Assembly: GCA_951406725.2 (NCBI GenBank) | Contig: OX597827.1 | Coordinates: 12,276,001 to 12,340,000 of the forward strand | Reading direction: 5' to 3' | Origin: Octopus vulgaris | Taxonomy: Eukaryota | Length of the DNA stretch: 64,000 nucleotides | Shown here: in pieces, positions 41,598-55,625 of the stretch | Numbering within the stretch: position 1 is the first letter of the stretch | How the letters are laid out: each line of letters starts with the position of its first letter | Made by a program: the position numbers and the translations under genes | Notes under the pieces: model-generated | What the model was told of the DNA's origin: nothing | The model's database searches: none | Seen by the model: only the letters and a program-made list of their open reading frames with translations

Positions 41598-41825
41598 GAA
41601 GGCATGTGGCCTAGTGGTTAGGGTTTTACATTCGCAATCATAAGATTGTGGTTTCTATTCCTATACAAGGTAGTGTGACGTGTTTTTGAGAAAAACATTT
41701 CATTGTGCATTGCTTCTATACTCTAAGCTGTAAATGAGTTGTCCTACAACAGACTAGTACCTCATTCAGAAGGGATGTTGTGATCCTGATGACTTACATG
41801 AAAAGCTGGCAACTGGCTCTATGTG
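41598..41825 (+). mobile_element. old tRNA-derived SINE (family D-like head)
   Basis: TGGCCTAGTGGTTAGGG A-box, GGTTTCTATTCC B-box. Confidence 0.6.
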
Positions 41826-41829
41826 TTGC

Positions 41830-42226
41830 TCTTTTACTCTTTTATTTGTTTCAGTCATTTGACTGTGGTCATGCTGGAGCACCACCTTTTGTCGAGCAAA
41901 TCGACCCCCCAGGACTTATTCTTCATAAGCCTAATACTTATTCAAATGGTCTCTTTTGTCAAACCGCTAAGTTACAGAGACGTAAACACACCAGCATCAG
42001 TTGTTTGGGGGACAAACACAGACACACAAACATACACACACACACATATACATATACATATACGACGGGTTTCTTTCAGTTTCCGTCTCCTAAATCTACT
42101 CACAAGGCTTCGGTCAGCCCGAGGCTATAGTAGAAGACACTTGCTCAATGTGCCACTCAGTGGGACTGAACCCAGAACCATGTGGTTTGTAAGCAAGCTA
42201 CTTACCACACAGCCACTCCTACGTCT
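41830..42226 (-). mobile_element. SINE family A, full length
   Basis: similarity to family A. Confidence 0.9.
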
Positions 42227-43328
42227 AAAACTTGAGACAGTAATATCCAGGAGTTGACAATGAGGATGATAATGAATGCATCCCAGATTGCATTATTGTG
42301 TGTTCTTCCTTTGAAATTATGAGAGTGTCTTTGCTAAAACTAGTAGCCAAATCTCCCTCAAAGTGAGCAAACATGCAGAGGTACCCTTATCTGCTTGACA
42401 AATATCTTAGCGTAAGAATGATGTGTATTTTAACATATCTGTATAGTGTCAAGTAATATAAAACAGAAGTTTTGGTGTGTTGAGAATACATACTCTGAGC
42501 ATGAGTTTAAGGTTGGCACCTTCTATGAAATTCCGATATCATTATTAGTTTACCATGTCTCAAGACTAGAATTTATTTCTTTGAAAAATGGACCCAAGAG
42601 AAGGAGCGTAATCTCAGAAATGGCCAATAAGTTCAGAAAGCCGACTTAATAGCCATTCTAACATGTAGCCCTGGCCATAACATAAATCAGTCTTTGGTTG
42701 GAAAATGTCAAGAAAATGATCAAAATATATTTAATGATACTACTAACAGTTGCTAGAAATTTGCAGTCATATAGTCGTCGTAGCATTGGCCAAAGAATTG
42801 TATCATAGCCAAATGGTTGCTCAGTTTTATCAAATATAACTTTACTAACAATAAAACTAAATTGTCACATCTTGATCATGTTCAGCAATGAAGAGAATGT
42901 GTATGAAAACCGTGTTGTGTCTTCCTGATGACCTAATCCCCTCCTAGTGATTTAGTGTTAGTGCTATAAGGTTTCCATTAGATTAAAACCTAATGTATTG
43001 AAGGCAGAAAGGATAAAACTTCTAGATGTTAATCTGCTACACAAATACAATTACTATATAATGCAAGGAATGCTGTACTAGCAATAAAAATAAAAGATTT
43101 CATGGCACTCAAATTGTTAAGAGAAAGAAAAGAAATATTGATTGCACGGTATTGTGTGTTATTGTGTTTGCATTGTAAACAAAATGAATTTCAACTGGGA
43201 ATTGAAACCATGAAGTGGAGCAGATTCATTAAAACTAAAGTGTGTATATATATATATATATATGCCTGACCTGTATGAGCATGGAAAAGTGGACATTAAA
43301 ACAATAATGAAGATGAAAATGATGATAT

Positions 43329-43377
<49 letters not shown>

Positions 43378-43409
43378 CATACATATATATATATGTATAT
43401 ACATGTATA

Positions 43410-43463
<54 letters not shown>

Positions 43464-43544
43464 CATACATACATACATATATATATATATATACATACAT
43501 ATAAATATATATACATACATACATATATATATATACATACAAAC

Positions 43545-43578
<34 letters not shown>

Positions 43579-43626
43579 ATATATTTTCATCATCATCATC
43601 ATTTAGCGTCCGTTTTCTATGCTAGC

Positions 43627-43657
<31 letters not shown>

Positions 43658-43659
43658 CA

Positions 43660-43725
<66 letters not shown>

Positions 43726-43745
43726 CATACACACACACGCACACA

Positions 43746-44222
43746 CGAGGGGAAGAGAAAAATCATCCACACTTTCACCATAACATACTTTTATTTTTAT
43801 TATTGGGCACACTGCCTTCTGTGCATGCTAGCTAATAGTTGGTACTATTATGGCCACGTGATCGAGGTTTAAGCACGATCACATTATTTTTCTTTCTGGT
43901 TTTAAAGTGTAATCATGGCTGCTCCACTGTCCCTGTGTTGTGCACTGTCTCCACATTGTGCCAAAAGCCTCTGTTGAATTTCAGCACCTGATGCACCTTC
44001 CAACCAGCGAAATCAGACCATTACTCTTTGTTCGTCTTTGGTGCACATTGCTAGTGGAGCAGTCATGCTTACACTGCAAAGCCAGAAAGAAAAATGGTGT
44101 GATCCGGCTCAAACTTTGATCACATGAAAACAAAACAATAGTACCAACTATAAGCATGCATTTGCAGAAAGCAGTGTGACAATAATTAAGATATGTTATG
44201 GATAATTTTTGACTTCCCCTTG
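43746..44222 (-). mobile_element. internally deleted mariner element
   Basis: TIRs CGAGGGGAAGAGAAAAATCATCCA / TGGATAATTTTTGACTTCCCCTTG; minus-strand N-terminal remnant MTAPLAMCTKDEQRVMV*FRWLEGASGAEIQQRL from 44066. Confidence 0.85.
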
Positions 44223-44254
<32 letters not shown>

Positions 44255-45384
44255 ATCAAAATAAGCAACAAGAATGACTCTGATAATTTGGTACAATTGT
44301 TTCGCACTACATCAGATTTAAGATGCTGAGTGCTCATCAGCCAATTATATACATTTTCCATTAATATAAAAGCTTTCAAATCAAGTATATATATACATGT
44401 CTTTACAAGCAGCCCAGTCCAGTTATGCCACTGCCTTTGACCCTCTGGTTGGTTGCTAGGCACATGACTGAGTCAGCCTCTGCCCATTAAAGTACCAGTC
44501 AAGTACAAAGGTTCATTATGAGTCAAGCAATTATTTCCTCAAGGTAAGAAAAGATTTTACAATCAATTTCCAATATTCTTATTACATACCACTTCATTAA
44601 TCCGTTGTCCCTTTACCCCTAATTTTTTAAATCTTGAAATGCCTCCACTTCTCCACTTTTCCATAGAGATGATTGTATATACTTTCATGTGATGCCCATA
44701 AAGTTCTAATGGACGCCTTGAACCGTTCAAGCTCCAAGAGGCATCAATGCAATCCAATTGAAAGAAAGGCTTTCTAATCAATGAACTACAGTGATTATTT
44801 GCACTGGGAGAGTAGAGGCAAGTCCCTTAACCAAGGATGCAATACTTACTGTAAATATACTAAATATTATTTATTTGTGGTTGAAATAAAAGCAAAAACA
44901 CCAGACTGGAATATGTGAATAGCATTATTAAAGGATTAAGCGATAAACCTATTGAGTAATCTTTGGTAAATTTCAGGTTTGTGTAAATATTATTCCAATA
45001 TTTTGATAAAATACTTTGACTTCTTTTCGGCAGTAGAATTTTCAATTACATTTAAAATCATTTTAATACACAATGCACAAATGGAATTATTTATATTCAA
45101 CAGCAAGCAATTTTCTAAAAGACATTCAGAAATATATTTGTAATTGCTTCATATTCTAAATATTCCTAAGTCCTTTGCTATATTACAAGGACCAGCTTAG
45201 TTTATCAACACACAAAGGGAATGGATTCAGAAGAATATTAACTAGTAAATTGATGAATTTATGTCGATCCCCGGAGTATTATGGGTGTGAGCTAAGTGAA
45301 ATGAAAGAAGCTTCACTTAGGAATCTAAACCATAACATTGTGTCAGCTCCCTGAGGGGACCCATCACTTCTTTTTCAGACACCA

Positions 45385-46510
45385 TCATCATTAGCATCAT
45401 CATCATTGTATATACATTTTTTTTTCTATACTAGCATGGAGAGTTCTACCCCTTCACAGTTTTCTTTCCATTTGTCATAGTCACTTGTTGTCAACTTTGC
45501 AAAGTTCAAAATCATAGGATCAGCTTTCACCCCATCTTGTTTAGGTTCCTTCCATTTGAATTATTTGACCCTTTTTACCCACCTGTCATCAACTACATTG
45601 GTCTCACATTTTGGCACAAAGCCACTGATTCTGAAGGAGAAGTAAGTTAATTACATCAACCCCAGTGATCAGCTGGTACTTAGTTTATTGACCCTAAAAA
45701 GGATGAAAGGCGAATCAACCCCAACAGAATTTGAACACAGAACAGAAGACAGATGAAATGTCACCAAGCATTTTGCCCGGCATGCCAACAATTCTTATTT
45801 CTTTACTGCCCACAAGGGGCTATACACAGAGGGGTCAAACAAGGTCAGACAAACAAATGAAGTTGATTATATCGACCCCAGTGCATAACTGGTACGTTTT
45901 TAATCGACCCCAAAAGGATGAAAGGCAAAGTCGACCTTGGCGGAATTTGAACTCAGAACATAACAGCAGATGAAATACCTATTTCTTTACTACCCACAAG
46001 GGGCTAAACATAGAGTGGAAAACAAGGACAGACAAACGGATGAAGTTGATTATATCGACCCCAGTGCATAACTGGTACTTATTTAATCGAACCCAAAAGG
46101 ATGAAAGGCAAAGTCGACCATGGCGGAATTTGAACTCAGAACATAAAGACAAACAAAATACCGCTAAGCATTTTGCCGGGCGTGCTAACGTTTCTGCCAG
46201 CTTGCTGCCTTATTGTTGGCATGCCAACAATTCCGCCACTTCTCTGCCTTTGTCAACCCTCATATTAATTCTATATCTGTACCAGTACCATCTTCTTTCC
46301 TTACACTACAAATAGATCTCTAATACCTATTTTCTTTGTTTATGTCTACATGTGCATGCTTCCATCATTCATATATGCTGACATTATACATGAAGCAGAG
46401 CAGGCTCAATTCATTTCTCCCTACTCTTCACATATCTTCTCATGCTTTCAGTGACCTTGTCTTCCTACCATGGCCATCTCTCACACATACCATACAATCT
46501 ACCCTTTAAT
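45385..46510 (-). mobile_element. decayed RTE-clade LINE 3' region with (GAT)n tail, interrupted by nested SINE B copies
   Basis: minus-strand remnants KGRLY, EDM*RVGRNELSLLCFMYNVS, KIGIR, ERRWYWY, VKAD...TSDYDKW; tail CCATGCTAG...GATGATG. Confidence 0.7.
45610..46250 (-). mobile_element. SINE family B dimer (45795-46210) inserted in an older family B copy
   Basis: 16-bp TSD GGCATGCCAACAATTC at 45779-45794 and 46218-46233. Confidence 0.88.
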
Positions 46511-46624
46511 CATTAATTCAAACTGAACTGGCACCATAACTGAAATAGAAAAATATTTTTGCCTTGAGAATTGTCAACATTATCAGTTGGAACAAGTTCT
46601 TTTCATTTACATTACTTATTCCTT

Positions 46625-47008
46625 AGGAGGTGCAATGGCCCAGTGGTTAGGGCAGCGGACTCGCGGTTGTAGGATCGCGGTTTTGATTCCCAGACCGAGC
46701 GTTGTGAGTGTTTATTGAGCGAAAACACCTAAAAGCTCCACGAGGCTCCGGCAGGGATGGTGGTGATCCCTGCTGTACTCTTTCACCACAACTTTCTCTC
46801 ACTCTTACTTCCTGTTTCTGTTGTACCTGTATTTCAAAGGGCTGGCCTTGTCACTCTCTGTGTCACGCTGAATATCCCCGAGAACTACGTTAAGGGTACA
46901 TTTGTCTGTGGAGTGCTCAGCCACTTACACGTTAATTTCACGAGCAGGCTGTTCCGTTGATCAGATCAACCGGAACCCTCATCGTCGTAACCGACGGAGT
47001 GCTTCCAC
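46625..47008 (+). mobile_element. tRNA-derived SINE, family E head with tail type 2
   Basis: A-box TGGCCCAGTGG; TSD ACTTATTCCTT at 46614-46624 and 47009-47019. Confidence 0.92.
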
Positions 47009-47764
47009 ACTTATTCCTTTGTCAAGGAATGGATGTATTAACCCCCAATTTTCCGACATATTTATTCCTAAATTCTTCATATGTAAGTCGACAGCTGTTC
47101 AAACTTACAGTTGATTTTTTTTTTCTTTTAAATAGACATGTTTTCTTCAAATATACTTTTCACAAAGACACAGATCATTTTTATTTTATTCTATTCGATT
47201 CTATTTTATTCTATAGCTGTGTATTGTTGCATGCAAGAAATCATTCCTCCTCCCACCAAATACTCTTGACATGTTTTACTTGATAACCAGAAGTTTATGA
47301 AGCAGAAACTATATGCTAACATGCTGAAATTCATTGGGAAACAACAACTTTATTCTGTAAGCTTTGAAGACAAAAAAATAATCTCTATAATTATAAAAGT
47401 CAATTCTGGCTCTAACAAAACTCATGTTTAGAAGGAATTTTGATGTGAGTAAAAAAAATAAGAAAATAGAAGTTTATTTTATGAGTAAAACATTTTATGA
47501 AAATGATAGGAGCTTTTGAGAAGAAAGGAAGCTCAAGAAAGCTGGATTTGTGACTTGGGATTGGAACCTGCTCGTAGCTTTATGACTTGTATTGCAAAAA
47601 GTCTTTCTTGTGGACCCAGTAACTGCTTCACTGAATTTATAGCAGGTTGGGTGATAAGGGAGTGTTTATGTAACTTTAGTTACAAAAAAATCACAATGTA
47701 TTTTTGTTAGACAATACTTGTTTATAAGCAAATTTTCTTGCCAGTGTGTATATCTTTTGTTGAT

Positions 47765-47797
<33 letters not shown>

Positions 47798-48372
47798 TTA
47801 CAAAGCGTAGCACTTCTCAGCACTAGTTGAGAAATGTTGAACACAGAAACTGATGTAATCTTAATTGTAGCAGACAAGGAAAGTCTTCTGATCAGAAAAC
47901 ATCGTAAACATATGAAACAGAATAAACAAATTTGGAAAGATGTATAAGAAACGATTTGTCACAACAAGAAGGTACATCTTGGGGCATGACAGAGCTAGGG
48001 CTTACCTACACTTGAACTTAAGCTAGTATTTTATAAAAGTAACAGAAAAGATATAGTTAGGCAAATGGATAATGGATACCTGAGTAGACGTGGTATGAGA
48101 TTATCCAGCTCTCAGGAACAGAAGCTATCAGAGGTGCAGGAATAGTTGTGTGGTTCAGAAGTTTGCTTTGTAACTATGCAATTTCAGGTTCAGTCCCACT
48201 CTGAAGCACTGGTGCAAGTGGTGCTATCTACTATAGTCCCAACCAGACAAATACTTTATAAGTCAATCTGGCAGATGAAAACTGTGTTGAAATCTATTGT
48301 GTGTACATGTGTATATTCATACATGCACACATATATACATATATATATACATATATATATATATACATACAT

Positions 48373-48431
<59 letters not shown>

Positions 48432-48442
48432 CATACATATAT

Positions 48443-48499
<57 letters not shown>

Positions 48500-48742
48500 C
48501 ATATATATAAGTAGATGTGTGTATTTTTCCCTTGTTAACAATTAACAGGGAAAAATATATAAATAGTTCCTTTATACCTCCTCTTTCTATAGGCTACCTT
48601 TGACATTATATCCTTAAAAGTGAAACAATCTTAAAAGTGACTGACCAACAAAAAAAAACCAACCAAGATTCAACCAAATCAAAAAATAAACACAAACACT
48701 AAGCAAGCATGATGAACCATCTCACTTCCACTGCATGTGCAC

Positions 48743-48773
<31 letters not shown>

Positions 48774-49363
48774 TTCACAAACCCCACCTTTTACATACAC
48801 ACCCATATATTCACACAGAGTTGAAATGCTGTTTGATTTATTTTTTCAGCGTACAATTTTCATCATCCCACTACCAAGTATGACATCCCTTCCTTCCTTA
48901 TTCATCTATCACCCCTTCCTTTCTCATTCATAAACACAAGAGTATTATTATAGTAGATTATCTCGGTGACAATGGGAGGCTATGAAAAATACAAAGACCA
49001 GCATCACCACCGGATCATTCTACACATCTATGTAATTTTTTTGCTCAATTCCACCCATTTGTTTGACTGTGAATCCCAAGACAAGAAAGAATCGCCCTTG
49101 TCAAATTTATATGTATAGATTCATAAATATATATTTATATACTTATATGTGTGTGTGTGTGCTGGTGCTGCATCAATGCACCCATGCTGGTGGCATAAAA
49201 AAAGCTTCCAGCAACTCTGTAAAGTATCCAGCCATAGAAGTAATGCCACAACAGACAATTTGAGTCTGGTCAGCTCCAGATCAAATCCTCAAACCCATGC
49301 TAGCATGAAAAACGGATGTTAAACGATGATGATGATGATGATGACGTCAACGACAATGACGAC

Positions 49364-49396
<33 letters not shown>

Positions 49397-50025
49397 ACCT
49401 TTTAAAAACAACATATCTCTGCCAAAAAACTTTGTGTGTATATACAGCAATACCTAATGAATGAGAAATCAGTTAAATATAGTATATTGGTCTCTGTTTA
49501 CTATTAACATTAATTGATGCAAATATTGAACTTTTAGTGGGAATGAAAAGCAATCAAATTCAGGCGATTTTTGTTTCCCCCCCCCCCTTTGATTGATTAA
49601 ATATTGGTCTTTTAGTTTGGCAAAATGCCACAAAATTGAAAAAAAAAGTGAAGATTTGTGACGTTCATTCCACTTTCAAGGTCATAAGTAATTAGCTTGG
49701 AATAAAAATCCAGGTGAGGCATCAGATGATGATGGTGATGATGATGATGATGATGATGAGGAGGAGGAGGAGGAGGAGGGTGACGACGATGACAATGATG
49801 ATGATGATAATGACGATGATGATGATGATACTGGTTTCAAATTTTGGTACAGGGTCAGTAATTTTACTGTAGTGGGTACATTGATGACATTGACCCTAGT
49901 GCTCAACTGGTGGTTATTCTATCAACCATGAAGAGATGAAAGGCAAAGTTGACTTTGGTAGGATGTGAACTCAAAGAGAGATTTGCAAGAAATGTCCCTT
50001 ATAGTAAGTTTATGGTATACATATA

Positions 50026-50195
50026 TACAGGGTGTGATGGGTAAATTGCTGCCATTTTATATTTTTAATTTCGCACATGTGCATTGTTTATTTTTTATTT
50101 AGTTGACAACACAGTATAGTAGGGTCAGCTGGGCACTGTCTGTGAGAAAAACAGCACCATGACGCAATTCATTCTGCTTGGAGTGTTTGGAGATC
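50026..50195. mobile_element. probable Tc1/mariner terminal fragment
   Basis: starts TA-CAGGGTGTG; no matching second TIR seen. Confidence 0.45.
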
Positions 50196-50269
50196 AATGT
50201 TATCAAGTGTACCGCCCTCTGCTATAAATGAGTGGTCATGAATCAATGTTAGAAATCATTATTTTCATA

Positions 50270-50960
50270 CTAATCTTAATTACGACTTACCCTATATATG
50301 ACTGATCATTGCTATGGTTGTTCTTCATTACAATTAGCTTGCCTTTTCTATAATAACTTGCTTTACCTCAATATCAATAAACTACATTTTCATAAGACTG
50401 ATCTTTGCAATGATCGGTCATCACTATGATCGACCTGAGTTTTCTATAAGTCGCTCTATATTAATATGGATTAACTGTATTTCTATCAGGGCTGACCTTT
50501 ACTATGGCTGACCATCACTATGTCCTCACTATGACTGGCTTGTCTTTTCCTTAATTTATTCCATATTAATATGAATTCTATCTGTCATAAGACAGCTCTT
50601 TGCTATGACTGTTCTCCACAATTTGGCTTGTCTTTTCTATCATAAATCATTCCGTATTTATATAAATTAATAATATCTTTCATAAGACTGAGCTTTTACA
50701 TACACACCCATATATTCACACAGAGTTGAAATGCTGTTTGATTTATTTTTTCAGCGAACAATTTTCATCATCCCACTACCAAGTATGACATCACCCCTTC
50801 CTTCCTTATTCATCTATCACCCCTTCCTTTCTCATTCATAAACACAAGAGTATTATTATAGTAGATTATCTCGGTGACAATGGGAGGCTATGATAGTTCT
50901 TCATTATGACAGACTGGCTTCCTTGCTATATTTCTATAAAGTTTGCAAATCCTATTCAAT
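50270..50960. repeat. degenerate tandem repeat (about 100-bp unit) carrying an inserted copy of 48788-48985
   Basis: recurring CATAAGAC...CTTTGC(A/T)ATGA...GCTTG(C/T)CTTTTC; insert at 50693-50893. Confidence 0.8.
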
Positions 50961-51098
50961 TACAGTTTATGATAGTATGTACCAACAGAAAGACATTTTC
51001 AGTTGTCTTCTCTTAATACTTATAGTTTGGAAATTTGCTTGCTATTTCCCTCTTTTGCACATATATACATATACATACATATAGACATACTTTATATC

Positions 51099-51463
51099 TT
51101 ACTCTTTTACTCTTTCACTTGTTTCAGTTATTTGACTGCGGCCATACTGGAGCACCGCCTTTAGTCGAGCAAATCGACCCCAGGACTTATTCTTTGTAAG
51201 CCCAGTACTTATTCTATCGGTCTCTTTTGCCGAACCGCTAAGTGACGGGGACAACCAGCATCGGTTGTCAAGCAATGCTAGGGGGACAAACACAGACACA
51301 CACACTTATATATATATACATATATACGACAGGCTTCTTTCAGTTTCCGTCTACCAAATCCACTCACAAGGCATTGGTCGGCCCAGGGCTATAGCAGAAA
51401 ACACTTGCCCAAGATGCCACGCAGTGGGACTGAACCTGGAACCATACAGCCACTCCTGCGCCT
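51099..51463 (-). mobile_element. SINE family A
   Basis: similarity to family A, small deletions. Confidence 0.9.
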
Positions 51464-51695
51464 ATATGTATGTGTGTGTATGTATATATATATATATATA
51501 TATATATGCTGCCACCATTCCATTGGAACATAAGGATGGTTCCTGTTGATACTAGCAAGAAACAATAATGAACTTCTTCGCTACACCCAACTATAATATA
51601 GCGATTATACCAACTACCAACAAAACACCACCACATGGATTCTATTGAGACCAGTAAGAAACAACTATGAACTTTTCTATTGCACTTTTTATAAT

Positions 51696-51740
51696 ATTTT
51701 TGATAAGGTTCGATTTTTCAAGAACCGAAACATGTAAAAC
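51696..51740 (+). ncRNA. decayed type-I hammerhead motif
   Basis: TTT-TTGATAA-GGTTC(10 nt)GAACC-GAAA-CATG-TA-AAA; two core substitutions. Confidence 0.55.
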
Positions 51741-52045
51741 TCATAAGAAAATTAAAATTTATCTAATATAGTAGCGTTTTCAAACTTCTTTTTTGATACC
51801 AGCAAGAAACAATAATGACCTTCTTAACTACATGCAACTATAATATTTGATATATATTTAAAATAATATAAATTAAATTAATTGTATGTATTGGCTTATG
51901 TCTTTCATTGTTTGATTTGCCTAATAATGGTTTTATCTCTAATATAATATAATATATATATAATATATTTATACTATAAAATTGGATTTAATCCTAAATC
52001 TGATTTTTCCCTGTAAGTTTAGATTTATTCCCTAATATTTTATTT

Positions 52046-52078
<33 letters not shown>

Positions 52079-52168
52079 CACTCTGCATGTGTGTTTATAT
52101 AACATCAATAATAACAACAACAGCAATAATAATAATGCTGATAATGTTGATGGTGACAATGCTGCTAC

Positions 52169-52200
<32 letters not shown>

Positions 52201-53346
52201 ATGATAATCGCTCACAGTATGTTTGTCCTATGTTATTCATTGTCGTCAATTTTCCAAAATTTGTTTCTATAGTAACTTCCATATATAGTTGTGGTCTGTT
52301 TAACAGCACATGTTTCTTTATTAACTCATAATATACTGGCCTATCTTCTGCTTTTGTGTCATTGCAACAACTGATATTATATCTTGCTGCTTCCCGGGCA
52401 GGATATGGCCTTTGACCTTCCATTGATTATTAGCGCTTGCTTCGGATGCGTTCCATTATGTAGAACAGATTGACAGCTGCTTCTGTCAATAGTGACAGTG
52501 AAGTAATCCTCACAAGACTCTCTGATAACTACATTTTCAATAATGAAAGAAGACCCTTGACTTTGCTTCTAACCATCAGATTTGGCACAACAATATCCCT
52601 ATTTGTTCTGTACTCCAACTTCCATTATTTCTTCATCTAAACAGTCAATGTCACTATCTGAAGCAACCTCTCTTGGCAGTTCTACATTCTCACTACAGTA
52701 AATCTGCCTACAGGAAAATTGGTTTCCATTCCAAAATTTCTACATCCTCACTCACTCACTCACTTTTCTGTTTGCATCTCAGCTTTTCGTCTGTCTTTTT
52801 TCTTTTCTTTCTTTCTCTCTCTCTCTCTCTTTCTCTCTTGCTCTCCTCCCTTCTTGTTCTGTTACATTCAAAATTCATTTTCACTTCTACCTGTCATAAT
52901 CTATGAAAAGTCTTTATCAGCCTACAAAACCTCAATACTCAAAAGCTATGAGTACATTTGCGTTCACTTCGCAAATGTTTACCAGACAAAAAAAAAAAAA
53001 AAAAAAAGGAAAAAAAGAAAAGAAAATGATAGTCTACAAATTCAAAAACTATATTCTCTTATTGATACAAGATGACTAAAAGCAACCTTGTTTATTGGTA
53101 TAGGCTTATTGTGGTCACCATCTGATGTTATTTACATTGAATATTATTTGCAATAATTTTTCATGAGGAAAAACTATTAAACAGATGGAAATTTCTAATA
53201 CAAAAACCAACAAAAGAATTATCAATTTTCCTTTTTATCTATGACAGATAAATTTGATATTTCAGTTTTTTTTGTTTGTTGATAGCATACACTAAATACA
53301 AAGTTTTAAAGTTTAAAAAAAACCCCCAGATCTTTGGTGAAGAACT

Positions 53347-53850
<504 letters not shown>

Positions 53851-54230
53851 GTTTGCTATCTATATATCTTTCTATGTGACTAAGTTTGCATAACTTATTT
53901 GTTCAATTGTAGAAAGAAACAATAATTAGAAAGAAATATAATTAGTGAAACCAGTTTTTTGGCATAAGATGTCAGCTTTTAAAAAGAACTGTGTGATCAC
54001 TATGATCAAGTCTCGTCTTATTAGATAACATTTGTTTTAGTAGCTATTTGCACAATCAAAATTTTAAATTTGGTATTTTACAAACTAGAGATAGTCCATC
54101 CAGGGTTTCTTTCTCAATTTCTAATATACACTACTAATGATGACATTAGTTATACAGAGGTTTTCTGACCTCAATACAACCAATATATAACTCCCAAAAA
54201 GACTTCAAACATACCTTGTGGTTCAAATTG

Positions 54231-54603
54231 TTTCAAACTCCACCCATCTAACACCCGTGGACATATTTACAAAGTCAGAAAACAGCACAGCTCCCATGAC
54301 TTTAGGAAACATTTTTCACGCTGAGAGTTGCTGAAGCATGGAACAAACTGCTGGCATCAGTTGTTAGTTGTCGGAGCACTGCATCCTTCAAAACTTCCAT
54401 GCTTCCTGAGATTCGCCAACACTACACCTGATTTTCTCCCCTCTATACACACACAAGCATGTATCTGACTCATACACTGTTCGCTTTCCCGACATTCGTA
54501 CATTACTGCACATGCTTTATACGCACTTTTGACAAGTTGTGGTGCACCTGAGCACTACATACAATAATTTCATTATTATGATTATTATTATTATTATTAT
54601 TAT
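54231..54603 (+). mobile_element. CR1-like LINE 3' end
   Basis: SNTRGHIYKV...FRKHF/LRVAEAWNKL..SVV....ASFK; (ATT)n tail. Confidence 0.85.
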
Positions 54604-54845
54604 TAAGATACAAAAATTCCTAGGCAGTATATTCTGAACAGTCATTAATAGATATTTATCATTAAGGTAATGAACTGAAAGAATCATAGGCACACTGAAC
54701 AAAATGCTTAGCATCATTCCATACATCATCATGTTCTGAGTTCAAATTCCATCAATGTCAACTTTGCCTGTCATCTTTCTAGGGTCAATAAGATAAGGAC
54801 CCGTTAAACACTTGCCTTGTGCTAAAGGTTGAAGCCAACATCATA

Positions 54846-55269
54846 CTTACTCTCTTTACTCTTTTACTCTTTTATTTGTTTCAGTCATTTGACTGCGGCC
54901 ATGCTGGAGCACCACCTTTTAGTCGAGCAAATCGACCCCGGGACTTATTCTTTGTAAGCCCAGTACTTATTCTATCGGTCTCTTTTTGCCGAACCGCTAA
55001 GTGACGGGGACATAAACACACCAGCATCGGTTGTCAAGCAATGCTAGGGTGACAGACACAGACACACAAACATACACGCACACATATATATATACATATA
55101 TATATGATGGGCTTCTTTCAGTTTCCGTCTACCAGATCCACTCACAAGGCTTTGGTCGGCCCGAGGCTATAGTAGAAGACACTTGCCTAAGGTGCGATGC
55201 AGTGGGACTGAACCCAGAACCATGTGGTTGGTAGGCAAGCTACTTACCACACAGCCACTCCTGCGCCTA
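54846..55269 (-). mobile_element. SINE family A, full length
   Basis: complete head to tail. Confidence 0.93.
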
Positions 55270-55393
55270 TATAATTATATACTTATATACTTAGCTTATA
55301 TAATTAAATAAAAAAAAGTTGGCAAGGGTAAATAACATAAACCATCAAGTGATTGGCTATAATATATTCATTTTAGTGACAAAGTTTGTTGGA

Positions 55394-55625
55394 TCATCAT
55401 CATCATCATCATCGTCGTTTAACGTTCGCTTTCCATGCTAGCATGGGTTGGACGATTTGACTGAGGACTGGCGAGCCAGATGGCTGCACCAGGCTTCAAT
55501 CTTGATTTGGCAGAGTTTCTACAGCTGGATGCCCTTCCTAACGCCAACCACTCTGAGAGTGTAGTGGGTGCTTTTACATGCCACTGGCATGAGAGCCAGT
55601 CAGGCGGTACTGGCAACGGTCATGG
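55394..55625 (-). mobile_element. family C retroposon
   Basis: reverse complement of 28170-28396. Confidence 0.85.

Noticed and set aside
42450-42870. Minus-strand frame faintly like GPCR TM1-TM2 (FLNLLAISEITLLLLG)
   Set aside because: Several in-frame stops and no TM3 DRY/ER motif; AT-rich DNA yields hydrophobic translations by chance
41787-42935. Isolated CTGATGA matches (about 41787 and 42925; also 11930)
   Set aside because: No correctly placed stem II, GAAA and UH partners, so not counted as hammerheads
44410-44549. Strong donor AAG/GTAAGA with an upstream AG
   Set aside because: All three frames contain stops; no partner exon found
51547-51848. Three spaced repeats of about 50 bp resembling a CRISPR array
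   Set aside because: Eukaryotic context, degenerate repeats, irregular spacing, no cas genes; ordinary local duplications (similar cases at 22902-22988, 31759-31814 and 58208-58455)
52230-52710. Non-repetitive island with a minus-strand acceptor and a 127-aa ORF
   Set aside because: All frames close soon after the acceptor; no recognisable family; the ORF runs into simple repeats
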